Shown one piece after another: positions 1-9,476 of a stretch of 64,000 nucleotides of DNA; position 1 is the stretch's first letter, and every line of letters starts with the position of its first letter. The position numbers and the translations under genes are program-made. Location: NCBI GenBank assembly GCA_963422735.1, contig OY730476.1:1536001-1600000 (forward strand), in the 5' to 3' direction. This DNA comes from Candidatus Latescibacterota bacterium. Lineage in GTDB: Bacteria; Latescibacterota; UBA2968; UBA8231. The notes beneath the pieces are model-generated. The model saw only the letters and a program-made list of their open reading frames with translations. It did no database searches and was not told the origin of the DNA.

Positions 1-287
1 TGTTCGCACGACAGCAATCGTCCTTGGCGGTCGCGCGTGTTGCCATTGGTGTTGTTGGATGGCTTGCGGAAGACGGAGACGGCTCCGGTCTCTTCTTCCC
101 ACTTGAGAATGCGGTTGTTGGGGATGTCGCTGAACAGCAGATAGCGGCCGTCGCCAAACCACGCGGGGCCTTCGAGCCAGCGTCCGCCGGTCCAGAGCAT
201 TTCGAGGGCGGCATTCGCCAACTTGTACTTGGCGAAGCGCTCGTCGAGTACCTCAATGCGGCGGTCTGGATACCTCACAAATTCCAT
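1..287 (-). CDS. SMP-30/gluconolactonase family protein, partial (runs off left edge)
   Basis: Manual minus-strand translation from ATG at 287: MEFVRYPDRRIEVLDERF...WLEGPAW...LLFSDIPNNRILKW...PSNNTNGNTRDRQGRLLSCE. These are typical SGL-family motifs. Not in the ORF track because there is no stop in the window. Confidence 0.88.
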   Translation of the reverse strand, partial: MEFVRYPDRRIEVLDERFAKYKLANAALEMLWTGGRWLEGPAWFGDGRYLLFSDIPNNRILKWEEETGAVSVFRKPSNNTNGNTRDRQGRLLSCE

Positions 288-304
288 ATCATCTTCCTAA
301 GTTA

Positions 305-536
305 AATTAACTGACGGAATTTCCTAGTTTACGGTTGGGAATTCCGGTTTCATGTAGGCGGTTTGACTCGGCTAGCCCTTAGCCCTCGTCCGGGCCAGCG
401 CGGTCCCCCGCGTCAATGTTCCGGGGCCCGTCGCCGGGTATCCGTCGCCAAGGGGGCGGATGGGACTAACCACTGACCACTGACCACTAACCACTGATTA
501 AACAGTCCTTATTCTAGCAAAGTCCGTTAACTGATT
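305..536. repeat. Intergenic element bounded by imperfect 23-bp inverted repeats and containing a 7-bp tandem array
   Basis: 305-327 AATTAACTGACGGAATTTCCTAG versus the reverse complement of 514-536 AATCAGTTAACGGACTTTGCTAG gives 17/23 matches by hand. A heptamer ACCACTR tandem of about 4-5 units lies at ~465-498. Confidence 0.5.
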
Positions 537-609
537 GCGGCGAATTGCTGATGAAAGTTCTGGTTTTGTCCAGCCTCTAGCAAGGTTTGAGCAAAAGCGG
601 CCAAATCGC

Positions 610-638
610 TTGACTTCTACACAGATGAATACTACTTT
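610..638 (+). promoter_or_regulatory. Possible sigma70-type promoter
   Basis: TTGACT (610-615), 17-nt spacer, TACTTT (633-638) in an AT-richer intergenic stretch. Confidence 0.3.
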
Positions 639-968
639 TTTGTGCAGGTATTTTACGTGCCACAACGACGGGGCGGATCGGTCGGTAAGTTGCGTTCACT
701 AATGAAATCGCGGGCCTGCACCAGTATCCCTAAAAGGATATCTCTATGGAGTTTGTTTATTCGGTCTGCACGTCGCTGGCAGGCTGACCGTTTTGTTAGA
801 GCACCGAGCTTTTCGACGGCAAAACTCTGAAGAGGTGGTGGACACTATCCGACCAGTGGACGGTTCAGGATCGACAGATCCTATGCCCAACCTCCGAGCG
901 AATACATTTCGCGATCTCAGAAATCGTCATCGACGAGCCGTTTCAACTCTGCTACGAAGTATCCGCCC

Positions 969-1315
969 TTGAGCGGTCGCACGGAGACGGCAAGATGGTG
1001 GGATTTGGACGACCTCGATCGCGTGCGAGAGCTGCTCAAACGCTGTGACGACGAGCAAACGCACACCCCTCCACCTAGCTGCGGAAAGAGGAGATGTTGG
1101 TTCCCCCTGGTTGCTGAGCGACTACGGTGCTACGGTGCCGACTTGAATGCCCAAGACACCAAGGGCCGGACCCCATTGCATCCGCGACCTATGTAGGTCA
1201 AGTGGACTCGGCAGAAGCACTCATTGTACTTGGTGCTAGTACTCGAATCCAAATGAAATCGGGCAAGAATCCACTAGAGGTGGCACGCCTAGATTGCAAA
1301 TACCTGCGGTCGTAG
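969..1315 (+). pseudogene. Frameshifted ankyrin-repeat protein remnant
   Basis: YGADLNAQDTKGRTPLH in one frame continues as ATYVGQVDSAEALIVLGASTRIQMKSGKNPLEVAR in another, so the ankyrin consensus is split by a frameshift near 1180. Confidence 0.75.
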
Positions 1316-1332
1316 AAATTGAACTTCGGCCT

Positions 1333-2181
1333 CTAAACGCGGCGGAACTTCTGTACTCTATTGTGCAGAGTGGCTACTTCACCGATGTACAGCGAGCCTT
1401 CCTCGTCCACCCAAATGCTGTGTGGGGAGTCGGCGAATTGACCCGGGGCCGAGCCGTCCTCGCCCCAGCGGGCCAGCAGGTGCCCTTCTAGGTCGAATAT
1501 GCTGACGCGCGACCGGGCCTCGACCACGTACACTGTATTGTCCGGGGTGATGAAGAGATCCATGGGCGTTACCACATCGGTCCACTCGTCCAAGTAGCAG
1601 CCCTCAGAGTCAAAGCGCTGGATGCGGTTGTTTTCGCGGTCAACAGCCCAGACGCGTTCGTCGCGATCAACCCACAGGCTGTGGGGCAGGGCGAATTGAC
1701 CCGGACCAGTGCCCCCGGATCCCCACGAATGAAGCAATTCTCCCGCAGCCGAAAAGCGATGGATGCGAAACTGGCCGTACCCGTCGGCCACGTACAAATC
1801 CCCGGAAGGGCCGCACATGGCTTTGGTGGGCTGGTTAAAGGGCTGGTCGGGCGCACCCGGCACTTTAGGCGTGCCCCAAGTGTGGACCAGTGCCCCCTGC
1901 GGATTGAAGCAGCGGATGGTGTGGGTATCGGTGTCGGCCACGTACACTTGGTCTTGGCCGTCAACCCACAGGAGGTGAGGGTTTCCCAGCAGGTCGTCAC
2001 CCCAAGTGTCGAGATAGACTCCGTCGCAGTCGTAAACCAGCAGGGCGGGCGGGTGACGGCGGGCCACAAAGACCCGGCCCTCGGTATCGGCAGCCACTCC
2101 GGGCACGACGCCGCCCATGGGGCGGCCTTGGGGGCCGAGACCCCAGTGTTCGACGACTTCGTAATTATAGGTAGCACTCAT
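1333..2181 (-). CDS. NHL-repeat beta-propeller protein (PAL-like family)
   Basis: NHL motifs FNQPT...LYVADGYG, GPGQFALPHSL..DRENNRIQ and APGQF..PHSIWVD. Likely ATG at 2181 with a GAGGGA SD. Confidence 0.88.
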   Translation of the reverse strand: MSATYNYEVVEHWGLGPQGRPMGGVVPGVAADTEGRVFVARRHPPALLVYDCDGVYLDTWGDDLLGNPHLLWVDGQDQVYVADTDTHTIRCFNPQGALVHTWGTPKVPGAPDQPFNQPTKAMCGPSGDLYVADGYGQFRIHRFSAAGELLHSWGSGGTGPGQFALPHSLWVDRDERVWAVDRENNRIQRFDSEGCYLDEWTDVVTPMDLFITPDNTVYVVEARSRVSIFDLEGHLLARWGEDGSAPGQFADSPHSIWVDEEGSLYIGEVATLHNRVQKFRRV

Positions 2182-2308
2182 GGCGTCCCTCACAGTTTGG
2201 GGCAAAGATCAATGTATATTGGTAATACAGATAGCGGCCTGCAATAGTCACCGAGCAGCTTGAATACGCAAAAGAAAAAAGAAGCGGCCTATTATAGCGG
2301 GGGAACCG

Positions 2309-2515
2309 ATGAAGATGTACTATCTGCAAAGACCGACTCGGCGTAGCGATCGGTTGGAGGGCTTTGCAAGCGCAAACCAAAACGCGGTGGAGGACTATCC
2401 AGAGGAACGCCGGGCCCAGATCGCCGCGGCCATCCGCCGGACCCTCCTTCCCTCGGAGGCGCTCGCCAACGATCCACCCGCAGAACGGCTCTTGCAGGAC
2501 GACGACCTGCTGTAA
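2309..2515 (+). CDS. Small hypothetical protein or gene remnant
   Basis: 68-aa ORF with a purine-rich SD-like sequence. It abuts the truncated hicA 3' end. No family recognised. Confidence 0.3.
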   Translation: MKMYYLQRPTRRSDRLEGFASANQNAVEDYPEERRAQIAAAIRRTLLPSEALANDPPAERLLQDDDLL

Positions 2516-2689
2516 AATCTTGTTCAAAAGTCCACGTCCAATGTCACTGCGATGTGGATTGGGCAGGACAAGACGTGTTGTTTCTCGGACCATATCAATG
2601 ATGATGGCCCCAGGATACGGGCCTTCAAATCCCAACTGCTGCAAATATCGAATAAGGTCGCGGCGACTAATCGGCCCAAATTTGGGCAT
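2508..2689 (-). pseudogene. hicA: HicA-family toxin remnant
   Basis: MPKFGPISRRDLIRYLQQLGFEGPYPG...LVLPNPHRSDIGRGLLNKILQQ. The expected GGxH His motif reads GAIII, and the C-terminus runs into unrelated sequence. Confidence 0.7.
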
Positions 2690-2912
2690 CACACCGACTC
2701 CGGCACGCTATCCAAGCGCAACCCATCCACTTCTGGAAGCGGATGGCCCATTCTCAATCCGAGGATAATCCAGCTTTCAAGTACGGATTGCAATTCTTCT
2801 CCGCATTTGCATACACGCCTTGAAATCCGACGATTTCTCCACAAAACGTTTGCTCGTCGAGAACCTCGTATGTCGCATTTCTCATCGCCGATTGGATATG
2901 GGCAGTCAACAT
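2689..2912 (-). pseudogene. hicB: HicB-family antitoxin remnant (deletion/frameshift)
   Basis: MLTAHIQSAMRNATYEVLDEQTFCGEIVGFQGVYANA, then a frame change to EELQSVLESWIILGLRMGHPLPEVDG*. TGATG overlap with the hicA start. Confidence 0.75.
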
Positions 2913-2940
2913 AGAATGCTCACTTTCAAAAGTGTTGCTT

Positions 2941-3981
2941 TCAATCCGCCACAGCGAGTTTCAGAAACTCGTATTCTAGCTTGCCCATAAAAAAATCGCC
3001 TTCGATGTCCTCAAGTTTTTCGACCGTTGCTTTAATCGCGTGTTCTGATTGGTCGATGCCGATCCAAGTTCTATTGATCCGTTGAGCGGATTTTAACGTC
3101 GTCCCCGATCCACAAAAACAATCCAAGACAATGCTTCTCGGATTGGAAGAAGTGCGAATAATCAAGTCCAAGAGTTCGGAATTTTTCTCCGTTGGATACA
3201 CCGGATATTGCGGATCCTTATACTCCCAAATATCTTGTACCCTCTTACCTTCTTTCTCGTCTGCAAATACCACTTTTCTTGGATTGCCCGTCGCCGACCA
3301 TTCTATCAGGCCGTCTCTATCCCACCGCTCTAGTGTTTTGACAGATGTTCGCCAATGGCGTCCTCGTGGCGGCATCATACCTCTAAAAGGACGATTTGAT
3401 TCTCCATTTACGGTTTCACCGGGTGCGTGAATAGGGACTGTGGTGTAGCGTCTTCCTTGTTTATCCTTCTTTGGGAACAGTCGCTCTATATCTTTTTCCG
3501 AGTACCTTTCCTTTGGTTCATTCCATATAGGATGCGATGTTTTGCTGTAAAAGAGGATTAAGTCTTTAACATTCCCATAACCCGTTCTTTTAAAGTTCTT
3601 GGGGTTACATTTTACTCTTGTTATGTCATTCCGAAAGTTCCCCATGCCAAATACTTCGTCCATCATAACTTTGACGTAATGGCCTATTTTGTAGTCTATG
3701 TGTAAGTAAATCGAACCTCTCGCAGATAAAAGCTCCCTTAGCAAAATCAATCTTTCGCGCAAAAACTCAACAAACTCAGTGCCTACTAATCGATCAGAAT
3801 AAGCGACGGATCCACGTTTCGAACTGCTAATCGTCGCAGCTCGATCTTCGGCAATGGTGAAATTGCTTCCCGTAGCGAAGGGAGGATCAATATACACTAA
3901 GTCTATTTTTTCTTGGAGTTTCCTTTCTTGCAAGAGATAGTTTAAGCCAGCAATATTATCGCCTTCAATGAGCAGATTCAT
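2941..3981 (-). CDS. Site-specific amino (N6-A/N4-C) DNA methyltransferase, beta-type motif order, orphan
   Basis: N-terminal LVYIDPPF catalytic motif, then YPTEK and the C-terminal SAM motif VLDCFCGSGTT. Visibly lower GC than the flanks. No adjacent endonuclease. Confidence 0.92.
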   Translation of the reverse strand: MNLLIEGDNIAGLNYLLQERKLQEKIDLVYIDPPFATGSNFTIAEDRAATISSSKRGSVAYSDRLVGTEFVEFLRERLILLRELLSARGSIYLHIDYKIGHYVKVMMDEVFGMGNFRNDITRVKCNPKNFKRTGYGNVKDLILFYSKTSHPIWNEPKERYSEKDIERLFPKKDKQGRRYTTVPIHAPGETVNGESNRPFRGMMPPRGRHWRTSVKTLERWDRDGLIEWSATGNPRKVVFADEKEGKRVQDIWEYKDPQYPVYPTEKNSELLDLIIRTSSNPRSIVLDCFCGSGTTLKSAQRINRTWIGIDQSEHAIKATVEKLEDIEGDFFMGKLEYEFLKLAVAD

Positions 3982-4058
3982 CAGTATATACCTCGCCCAT
4001 TTTATACAACCTACCACAAATTCTATTTATCGTTCTGGGGTTCCTTCCTATTGCTCGC

Positions 4059-4450
4059 CTATCTCTTCTCAGAAGTGTCTTGTAGATTCCCAGATTCAAA
4101 AGGGTTCAATAATGACAATTCTTGAATCCACTGAAAATCCTCCACATTGCGAGTTACCAACTTTAGTTCGTGTCTTAGTGTAGCCCCGGCTACGAGGGCA
4201 TCACCGAGGGACGTTTTCCGCTGCTGTCGGAGGGCTACTGCTCGGTCGAGGACGTCTTGTGAAAGAGGTAAGACCTGCGCCAAAAAAAATGCCCCAAGTA
4301 TTGCCGTTCCTCGTCATCGAGTTGATGATACCCGAGGACTTCTACGTAACTGACGGCTGAAATGGCCGGCGCATACTCAACAATCAACTGTCTCAGGTGA
4401 GTATATGTAGGTTGGGATGCATAGATAAGAACGTTGCTGTCAATGAGTAC
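4059..4450 (-). pseudogene. vapC: PIN-domain (VapC) toxin pseudogene
   Basis: LIDSNVLIY...SAVSYVEVLGY in one frame and LGDALVAGAT...LVTRNVEDF...LNPF in another. The break is at an A8/T8 tract (4282-4289). The start position reads GTA. Confidence 0.8.
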
Positions 4451-4593
4451 TACTCTTCGGGCTCCGGCAATACGCGATCTCGGCGGAACTCGCTTGCTCC
4501 AGCACTATTTAACGGCACGTCTTTCTGAAGTTCTGGTGCTTCTTCGAGCCACTCGAAGCGGTCACCTTGGAGGAATGCTCTGTAGCTACGCAT
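4450..4593 (-). pseudogene. Probable antitoxin remnant upstream of the PIN gene
   Basis: 47-codon ORF MRSYRAFLQGDRFEWLEEAPE...RRDRVLPEPEE* whose stop overlaps the PIN start position. Confidence 0.5.
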
Positions 4594-4629
4594 GACAACC
4601 TCTTGAGACTTCAGGCCCAGCGGCATACA

Positions 4630-6057
4630 TTAAAATGTATCGACCGGCATCTGCCGACACTCGCGGATGAAGACTTCGGCTTCGCGGCCATAGGTGAGAA
4701 AGGGATCGTCGAGGCTGAGGAACCTATCGTCGCCCACGCAAATGGAGTCCCAATCAATTTGGTAGCGCACCTTTTGATCGGTCAGCGCCCTCATCACTCG
4801 GGAGCGGGCGCAAGCGCGGGTGGTGGCCGGGGGATGCGTGATGGCTTGGTTGATCTGCTCGTCGCCGACGACTCGCTTGACCATCCCGCGCGCGTACAGA
4901 TCAAAATAGAGGCTCCGCGCCGCATTGAGATTGTGGTATTCCAAATCCAAACTTTGGATCCAAGTATCCTGCCAGTCCAACCCCTCTTCCCGCATGAAGT
5001 ACTCCAACAGCCACTTCTTGGCCACCCAATCGACGCGATCGACCAAGCATCCGGGATCGTGCTCTAAGGCGTCGATGACAAAGCGCCACTCGTCCAACAC
5101 CCAATCGCCCTCTTCATCCCGGCCGCGCAGATAGCGCTCGGCCAAGTCGAGATACGCACGCTGTATCTCCGTAGCCGTGGTGTAGCGGCCGTCCTCTAGC
5201 TGCACCTCCCAGCGATAGGTCATGTCGCGCGAAATGTCGCGGATGGCCTGTACCGGGTCGAGGAGCTTGATGTCGTCGCAGAGTATGCGCTCTTGCTCTT
5301 CCAAAAGCTGCAACACCAAAGCGGTGGTGCCCACCTTCAGGGCGGTGGCATACTCCATCATGTTCGAGTCGCCCACCAGCAGGTGCAAGCGGCGGTATAG
5401 CCCCCAATCAGCTAGCGGCTCGTCGCGAGTGTTGATGATCGCGCGACTGAACTGGATCCACTGGTAGATCTCGGTGACGATGTGATCGGCCCGCTGCGAG
5501 AGTTGGAATTCAACACCTTCGTCCTCGGCACTGCCGTACTCGAAAATATCCGTGTGGCAACCGACTCGGCCGGCACCGGCGAATATCTGGCGGGTGACAA
5601 AAAAGGGCAGCATGGTGGGCAGCAGCACTTGCGAAAACGGCACCTCTCGGCGCACGAGGTAGTTTTCGTGGCAGCCAAAAGTAGCCCCGGTGTAGTGGTC
5701 GATATTGTTCTTGAAAAAGGCCGCGCTATCGGCCAAGCCAAGCTGATCTAGCGCGCGCTGCACCAACCGCTCGCCAGCCCGGTCGGCAGCCACCAAATCA
5801 AAAAGCCCGGTGCATTCCGGGGTGGCGTACTCGACGTGGCCCATGTCGATGTACAAGCGCCCGCCGTTGAAGAGAAAACCGCCGTTGCCGGGCGGCTCGT
5901 CGCGGCCCCGATAGTGCATATCGACAATGCCCAAGCCCTCGCGGTAGAACACACAGTCCTTGACCTTTATCGACACAAAATCGGGACTCAAAAAGGGATC
6001 TGAAGCCGGCGGCAGACAGCCGAACTCGGTCTCTATCCCATAGATGCGACCTTCCAT
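4630..6057 (-). CDS. pafA: Pup/UBact-protein ligase PafA
   Basis: RIYGIETEFG, NGGRLYIDMGHVEYATPEC, KNN..GCHENY, INTRDEPLAD..YRRLHLLVGDSN, DWVAK, DLEYH. Last gene of the proteasome operon. Confidence 0.93.
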   Translation of the reverse strand: MEGRIYGIETEFGCLPPASDPFLSPDFVSIKVKDCVFYREGLGIVDMHYRGRDEPPGNGGFLFNGGRLYIDMGHVEYATPECTGLFDLVAADRAGERLVQRALDQLGLADSAAFFKNNIDHYTGATFGCHENYLVRREVPFSQVLLPTMLPFFVTRQIFAGAGRVGCHTDIFEYGSAEDEGVEFQLSQRADHIVTEIYQWIQFSRAIINTRDEPLADWGLYRRLHLLVGDSNMMEYATALKVGTTALVLQLLEEQERILCDDIKLLDPVQAIRDISRDMTYRWEVQLEDGRYTTATEIQRAYLDLAERYLRGRDEEGDWVLDEWRFVIDALEHDPGCLVDRVDWVAKKWLLEYFMREEGLDWQDTWIQSLDLEYHNLNAARSLYFDLYARGMVKRVVGDEQINQAITHPPATTRACARSRVMRALTDQKVRYQIDWDSICVGDDRFLSLDDPFLTYGREAEVFIRECRQMPVDTF

Positions 6058-6058
6058 A

Positions 6059-6817
6059 CTAGACCTCGAAGTAGGAAGTGAGTGGCTCGGCTAATTCTTC
6101 CGAGGTGAGCAGGTGGAACTTCGACTTGGCGACGCGCTCGCGGTCGAGTACTGCGGCCTCGATGGTCAGCCCTTGCAAACCGCCCTTTAGAAAATCGCGC
6201 ACAGCCTCCGCGCTGGGCACCTCTCCATCGCGGACATCGAGGGTCAATCGGCCTAATCCCCACACCTCCAACGCCGTGCCCAAGGCTTGATCAAGGGGCG
6301 ATTCCGGATCAGCCACCTGCAGTTGTGCCGTCATGGCCTGCGCGCTCTCTGCGTTGCCGCTGATGGCCGCCATCCCGCCACTCTGGGCAAAGGACCCATC
6401 GGCGTCAATGGTAAAAAAGACGTCGCCGCCGTCTGGGTCTAGCTCGGCCATCATCACGCGGGCGACGAAGGGCGAGCGAAATAGCTCGTCGAAAGCCGCC
6501 TTCATCAGCGGGCCGATGCCAAAGCTGACTAACCGCTGCAAGGTTACGTCATTGGCCGACAGGTTGAACCCCTCGACATGGGCGATGTCGATGACGGCCT
6601 TGCGCAGCTTCTCGATGTCGGCCGGATGCCCCACGGCCGCGAAGGCGATCTCGTCGTACACCTCAAAGAGCTTGCGCGGACCTGGAGTAGCCGTCAGTAG
6701 TAGCACTCCGTCGGCATACGTCGTACCCACCACCGGACTGCCGCTCGCGAGCTGGTCTTCCACGTATTCACGGCGGTTGTTGATCGCCTCAACCCAGCGA
6801 TAAGGCTCCTCTAACAT
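6059..6817 (-). CDS. prcA: 20S proteasome alpha subunit
   Basis: RREYVEDQLASGSPVV..YADGVLL...RKLFEVYDEIAFAAVG. Located between prcB and pafA. Confidence 0.9.
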   Translation of the reverse strand: MLEEPYRWVEAINNRREYVEDQLASGSPVVGTTYADGVLLLTATPGPRKLFEVYDEIAFAAVGHPADIEKLRKAVIDIAHVEGFNLSANDVTLQRLVSFGIGPLMKAAFDELFRSPFVARVMMAELDPDGGDVFFTIDADGSFAQSGGMAAISGNAESAQAMTAQLQVADPESPLDQALGTALEVWGLGRLTLDVRDGEVPSAEAVRDFLKGGLQGLTIEAAVLDRERVAKSKFHLLTSEELAEPLTSYFEV

Positions 6818-6822
6818 GCGTT

Positions 6823-7593
6823 TCAAGCCCTTGGGTAGAGCGCGGCCAACTCCGCTTCGGGTACCGCGCTCAAGCCCGCGGCCGTCACCTGCACGACCTG
6901 GGGAAAGATATGCGCGGCCTCGCGGAAGCCTCCGGTAGCAGTGTCGTATTCAGCGGCCGTCTCCAGCATCTTGAGCACCAGCTCGACAGCCTGCTCCCCG
7001 GCCATTTCCCGCAGTGGCTGCGGCCCCCAGCGGTTTTGGTAGTACAGCGCACCGCGCACGATGTGTGAGCCCGACCCGGTGGTGCAAAAATCTACACACT
7101 CGAACTCGGCCCCCAAGAGGTCATAAAAGAAAATTTTGCCTTTTGCGGCCGCGTGGTCAAAGGCCGCGAAAATCGGCACCACTGCGCCAATCCCCTGTAT
7201 GGCCAACGGCAAGTTCTGGCGCAACAGCCGCGACAGAGTCCGCACCTTGCCGTCCAAACTCAGCCCTTGTAGCTGGCTACGGCGATAGTACTGCACCGAC
7301 ATTTCCAACATGCGCGCAATGTCCCATGCCACCGCCGGTGAGCCGGCAATGGCCATGACCGCTTCGTCGTCGATGATCAGCACTTTGTCGGCTCGGTCGT
7401 ACACCACCGAGTTTCCCATGGTGGCGCGGCGGTCGCCGGCTACCACCACCCCGTCGGCGCAGCGCACCGCTACAATCGTGGTGCCCTCGACCGGCTGCAA
7501 AGACGCTTCCGCAGCGACGACCGGGGCGGCGGGCAAGAGCTCTCGCTCCTTGAGCAGATCGAGAAAGTCGCAGCTTTCCATCGTTTCCATCAT
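6823..7593 (-). CDS. prcB: 20S proteasome beta subunit with propeptide
   Basis: Propeptide, then G|TTIVA catalytic Thr, AGDRRATMG, DK, TGSGS, DTATGG. Confidence 0.94.
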   Translation of the reverse strand: MMETMESCDFLDLLKERELLPAAPVVAAEASLQPVEGTTIVAVRCADGVVVAGDRRATMGNSVVYDRADKVLIIDDEAVMAIAGSPAVAWDIARMLEMSVQYYRRSQLQGLSLDGKVRTLSRLLRQNLPLAIQGIGAVVPIFAAFDHAAAKGKIFFYDLLGAEFECVDFCTTGSGSHIVRGALYYQNRWGPQPLREMAGEQAVELVLKMLETAAEYDTATGGFREAAHIFPQVVQVTAAGLSAVPEAELAALYPRA

Positions 7594-7738
7594 TTCAGTC
7601 CGCTCCCCTCGCCCAAGCAAGGGGAGACCTTCTTGTGCTAAGGGTTGGTTCTCTTGCAATGCTCAATGTATGCGTCCTCAAAGGACAGGGCCATGTCGGC
7701 GAATTCTATGAGAGAAGAGGTCAGACAGGTCGTGACAG

Positions 7739-7927
7739 CTATTGTCCGGTGCGCTGGCGGTAGCGACGCGCCTGATTCGGATCTACTCGGCGCATCCGCT
7801 TGAGGATGTCGTCCGTGCTGGGGCGCTCGACCCTCGGCCGGCGCGGGCCGGCGTCTGGCTCCTCGCCGTCGTCGAGCGGCTTGGTCGGCCGGGGCGCGCG
7901 CTCCCGGTAATAAATAAAATCGCTCAT
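7739..7927 (-). CDS. ubact: Ubiquitin-like modifier UBact (Pup analogue)
   Basis: 62-aa low-complexity protein ending LKRMRRVDPNQARRYRQRTGQ, matching the R[T/S]G[E/Q] UBact terminus. Occupies the pup position between dop and prcB. Confidence 0.92.
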   Translation of the reverse strand: MSDFIYYRERAPRPTKPLDDGEEPDAGPRRPRVERPSTDDILKRMRRVDPNQARRYRQRTGQ

Positions 7928-9468
7928 GATGCCACCTCCGGTTTCGGGCTTCTACCCAGTTTGGCGAGCAAATCCTCGACGCTCGAAGCAGCGTCTAAGG
8001 CTTCATTATAATAAGCCGCTGTCTCCCTGCCGACACAAGCCTTGAGGTCAATGACCTCGGAGCGACCATCGAGGTCCAGCTCAATGCTGTCCCAATTGAG
8101 TGAGCGCACTGACGCGGAAAATTTCTGCAATATCTTGCCGCGGAAATAGGCCCGCGTGTCCCCGGGCGGATCGACCAACGCCCGGCACACCGCCTCCTCG
8201 GAGACAACGCGCTCTACTTGGCCCGCAGCCTCGAGCGTCGAGTACAACCCCTCAGTCGGGTCGATGTTGTGGTATTCGAGATCTTGGCTTTGCAGCCAAG
8301 CGCGGTCCTCCGGCCGTTCCCAATCGAGGCCCTCGGACTCGGCAAACGCATTCAAAAGCCACTTTTTGGTCACCCAATCGAGGCGTCCAATCAACTCTTG
8401 CGGGTCCCGCGCTAGGGAGTCCAACACGTTGCGCCAAGCCGAGAGGACCCAATCTGTCTCCTCGTCGCGGCCCTGAAAAACCCGCGTCGCCGCCGCCATA
8501 ATGGCCGTCTGTATCTCCAGTGCCGAACTCGACCCTCCCCCGGCCAAGGCCACCGGCCACTGCTGGGACTCGTCGCGGGAAATGGCCTTGAGCGCGCCAA
8601 TGGGATCGGCCAATGCAACCGCGGGCAACGCGCCGGTCTCTAGCAAGTCCAGCACCAAAGAAGCCGTGCCGACCTTGAGTGCAGTGGCGTATTCGCACAT
8701 GTTGGCGTCGCCGATAATTAGGTGCAGGCGGCGGTACTGCGCTGGATCGGCGTGCGGCTCGTCGCGGGTGTTGACCAGCGGGCGGCGGTGCATGGTATCG
8801 ACGCTGGCGATGACCTCGAAAAAGTCCGCGCGCTGGGCTAGCTGGTAGGTGGCGGCCCGCGCCCGGGCATCCTGCTCGACGCCGACCTTACCGGCCCCGG
8901 CAAAAATCTGGCGCGTCACCACAAAGGGCAGCAACCCGTCGATCACCTGCTGGAAGGGAATGTCGCGGCTGAGTAGGAAGTTCTCGTGGCAGCCGTAGCT
9001 GTGCCCCTCAAAGTCAGTGTTGTTTTTGTATAAGCGCACCACACCTCGGCCGCGGGCCGCGGTGCGCCGGTGTGCACACTGGAAGAGGATCCGCTCCCCG
9101 GCGCGATCGACGGCTACCAGGTCGCGGAGACTATAGCATTCTGGAGTGGAAAATTCCGGGTGGGTGTGGTCGTTGTACAGGCGGGCACCGTTGTGGACGA
9201 TCAGGTCGCTTTTGAGGTCTGCTAGCTGGATTGGGCGCTGGCGATCCTTCTGCAAGTGGACGGTCTCGTCCTTGTCGTTGCGGAGCGCGGCGACCTCAAA
9301 GCCGCGCATGTCGAGCCGTGGGTTTTCGAGCGCGTAATCCCAGAGGGCGACAAAATCTTGGTGCATATAGCAGCGGATCAGCTCCATGGACTCTACCACC
9401 ACATCCATGGACTCGCCCTCATCAACCTCGATGCCGTATTCGGTTTCTAGCCCGCAGAGCCGCTGCAT
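7924..9468 (-). CDS. dop: Deamidase/depupylase Dop (PafA2 family)
   Basis: GLETEYGI, NGARLYNDHTHPEFSTPEC (Dop-type DHxHPE), SYGCHENF, RRPLVNTRDEPHAD, TRAYFRG. Confidence 0.92.
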   Translation of the reverse strand: MQRLCGLETEYGIEVDEGESMDVVVESMELIRCYMHQDFVALWDYALENPRLDMRGFEVAALRNDKDETVHLQKDRQRPIQLADLKSDLIVHNGARLYNDHTHPEFSTPECYSLRDLVAVDRAGERILFQCAHRRTAARGRGVVRLYKNNTDFEGHSYGCHENFLLSRDIPFQQVIDGLLPFVVTRQIFAGAGKVGVEQDARARAATYQLAQRADFFEVIASVDTMHRRPLVNTRDEPHADPAQYRRLHLIIGDANMCEYATALKVGTASLVLDLLETGALPAVALADPIGALKAISRDESQQWPVALAGGGSSSALEIQTAIMAAATRVFQGRDEETDWVLSAWRNVLDSLARDPQELIGRLDWVTKKWLLNAFAESEGLDWERPEDRAWLQSQDLEYHNIDPTEGLYSTLEAAGQVERVVSEEAVCRALVDPPGDTRAYFRGKILQKFSASVRSLNWDSIELDLDGRSEVIDLKACVGRETAAYYNEALDAASSVEDLLAKLGRSPKPEVAS

Positions 9469-9476
9469 GAGCTGAG

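Noticed and set aside
465-498. Heptamer array as CRISPR or iterons
   Set aside because: Units are 7 bp and contiguous, with no spacers, cas or rep genes.
2941-3981. Complete restriction-modification system
   Set aside because: No endonuclease or Res subunit next to the methyltransferase. Neighbours are TA remnants.
7739-7927. Calling the small modifier Pup
   Set aside because: It lacks the GG[E/Q] terminus. RTGQ fits UBact.
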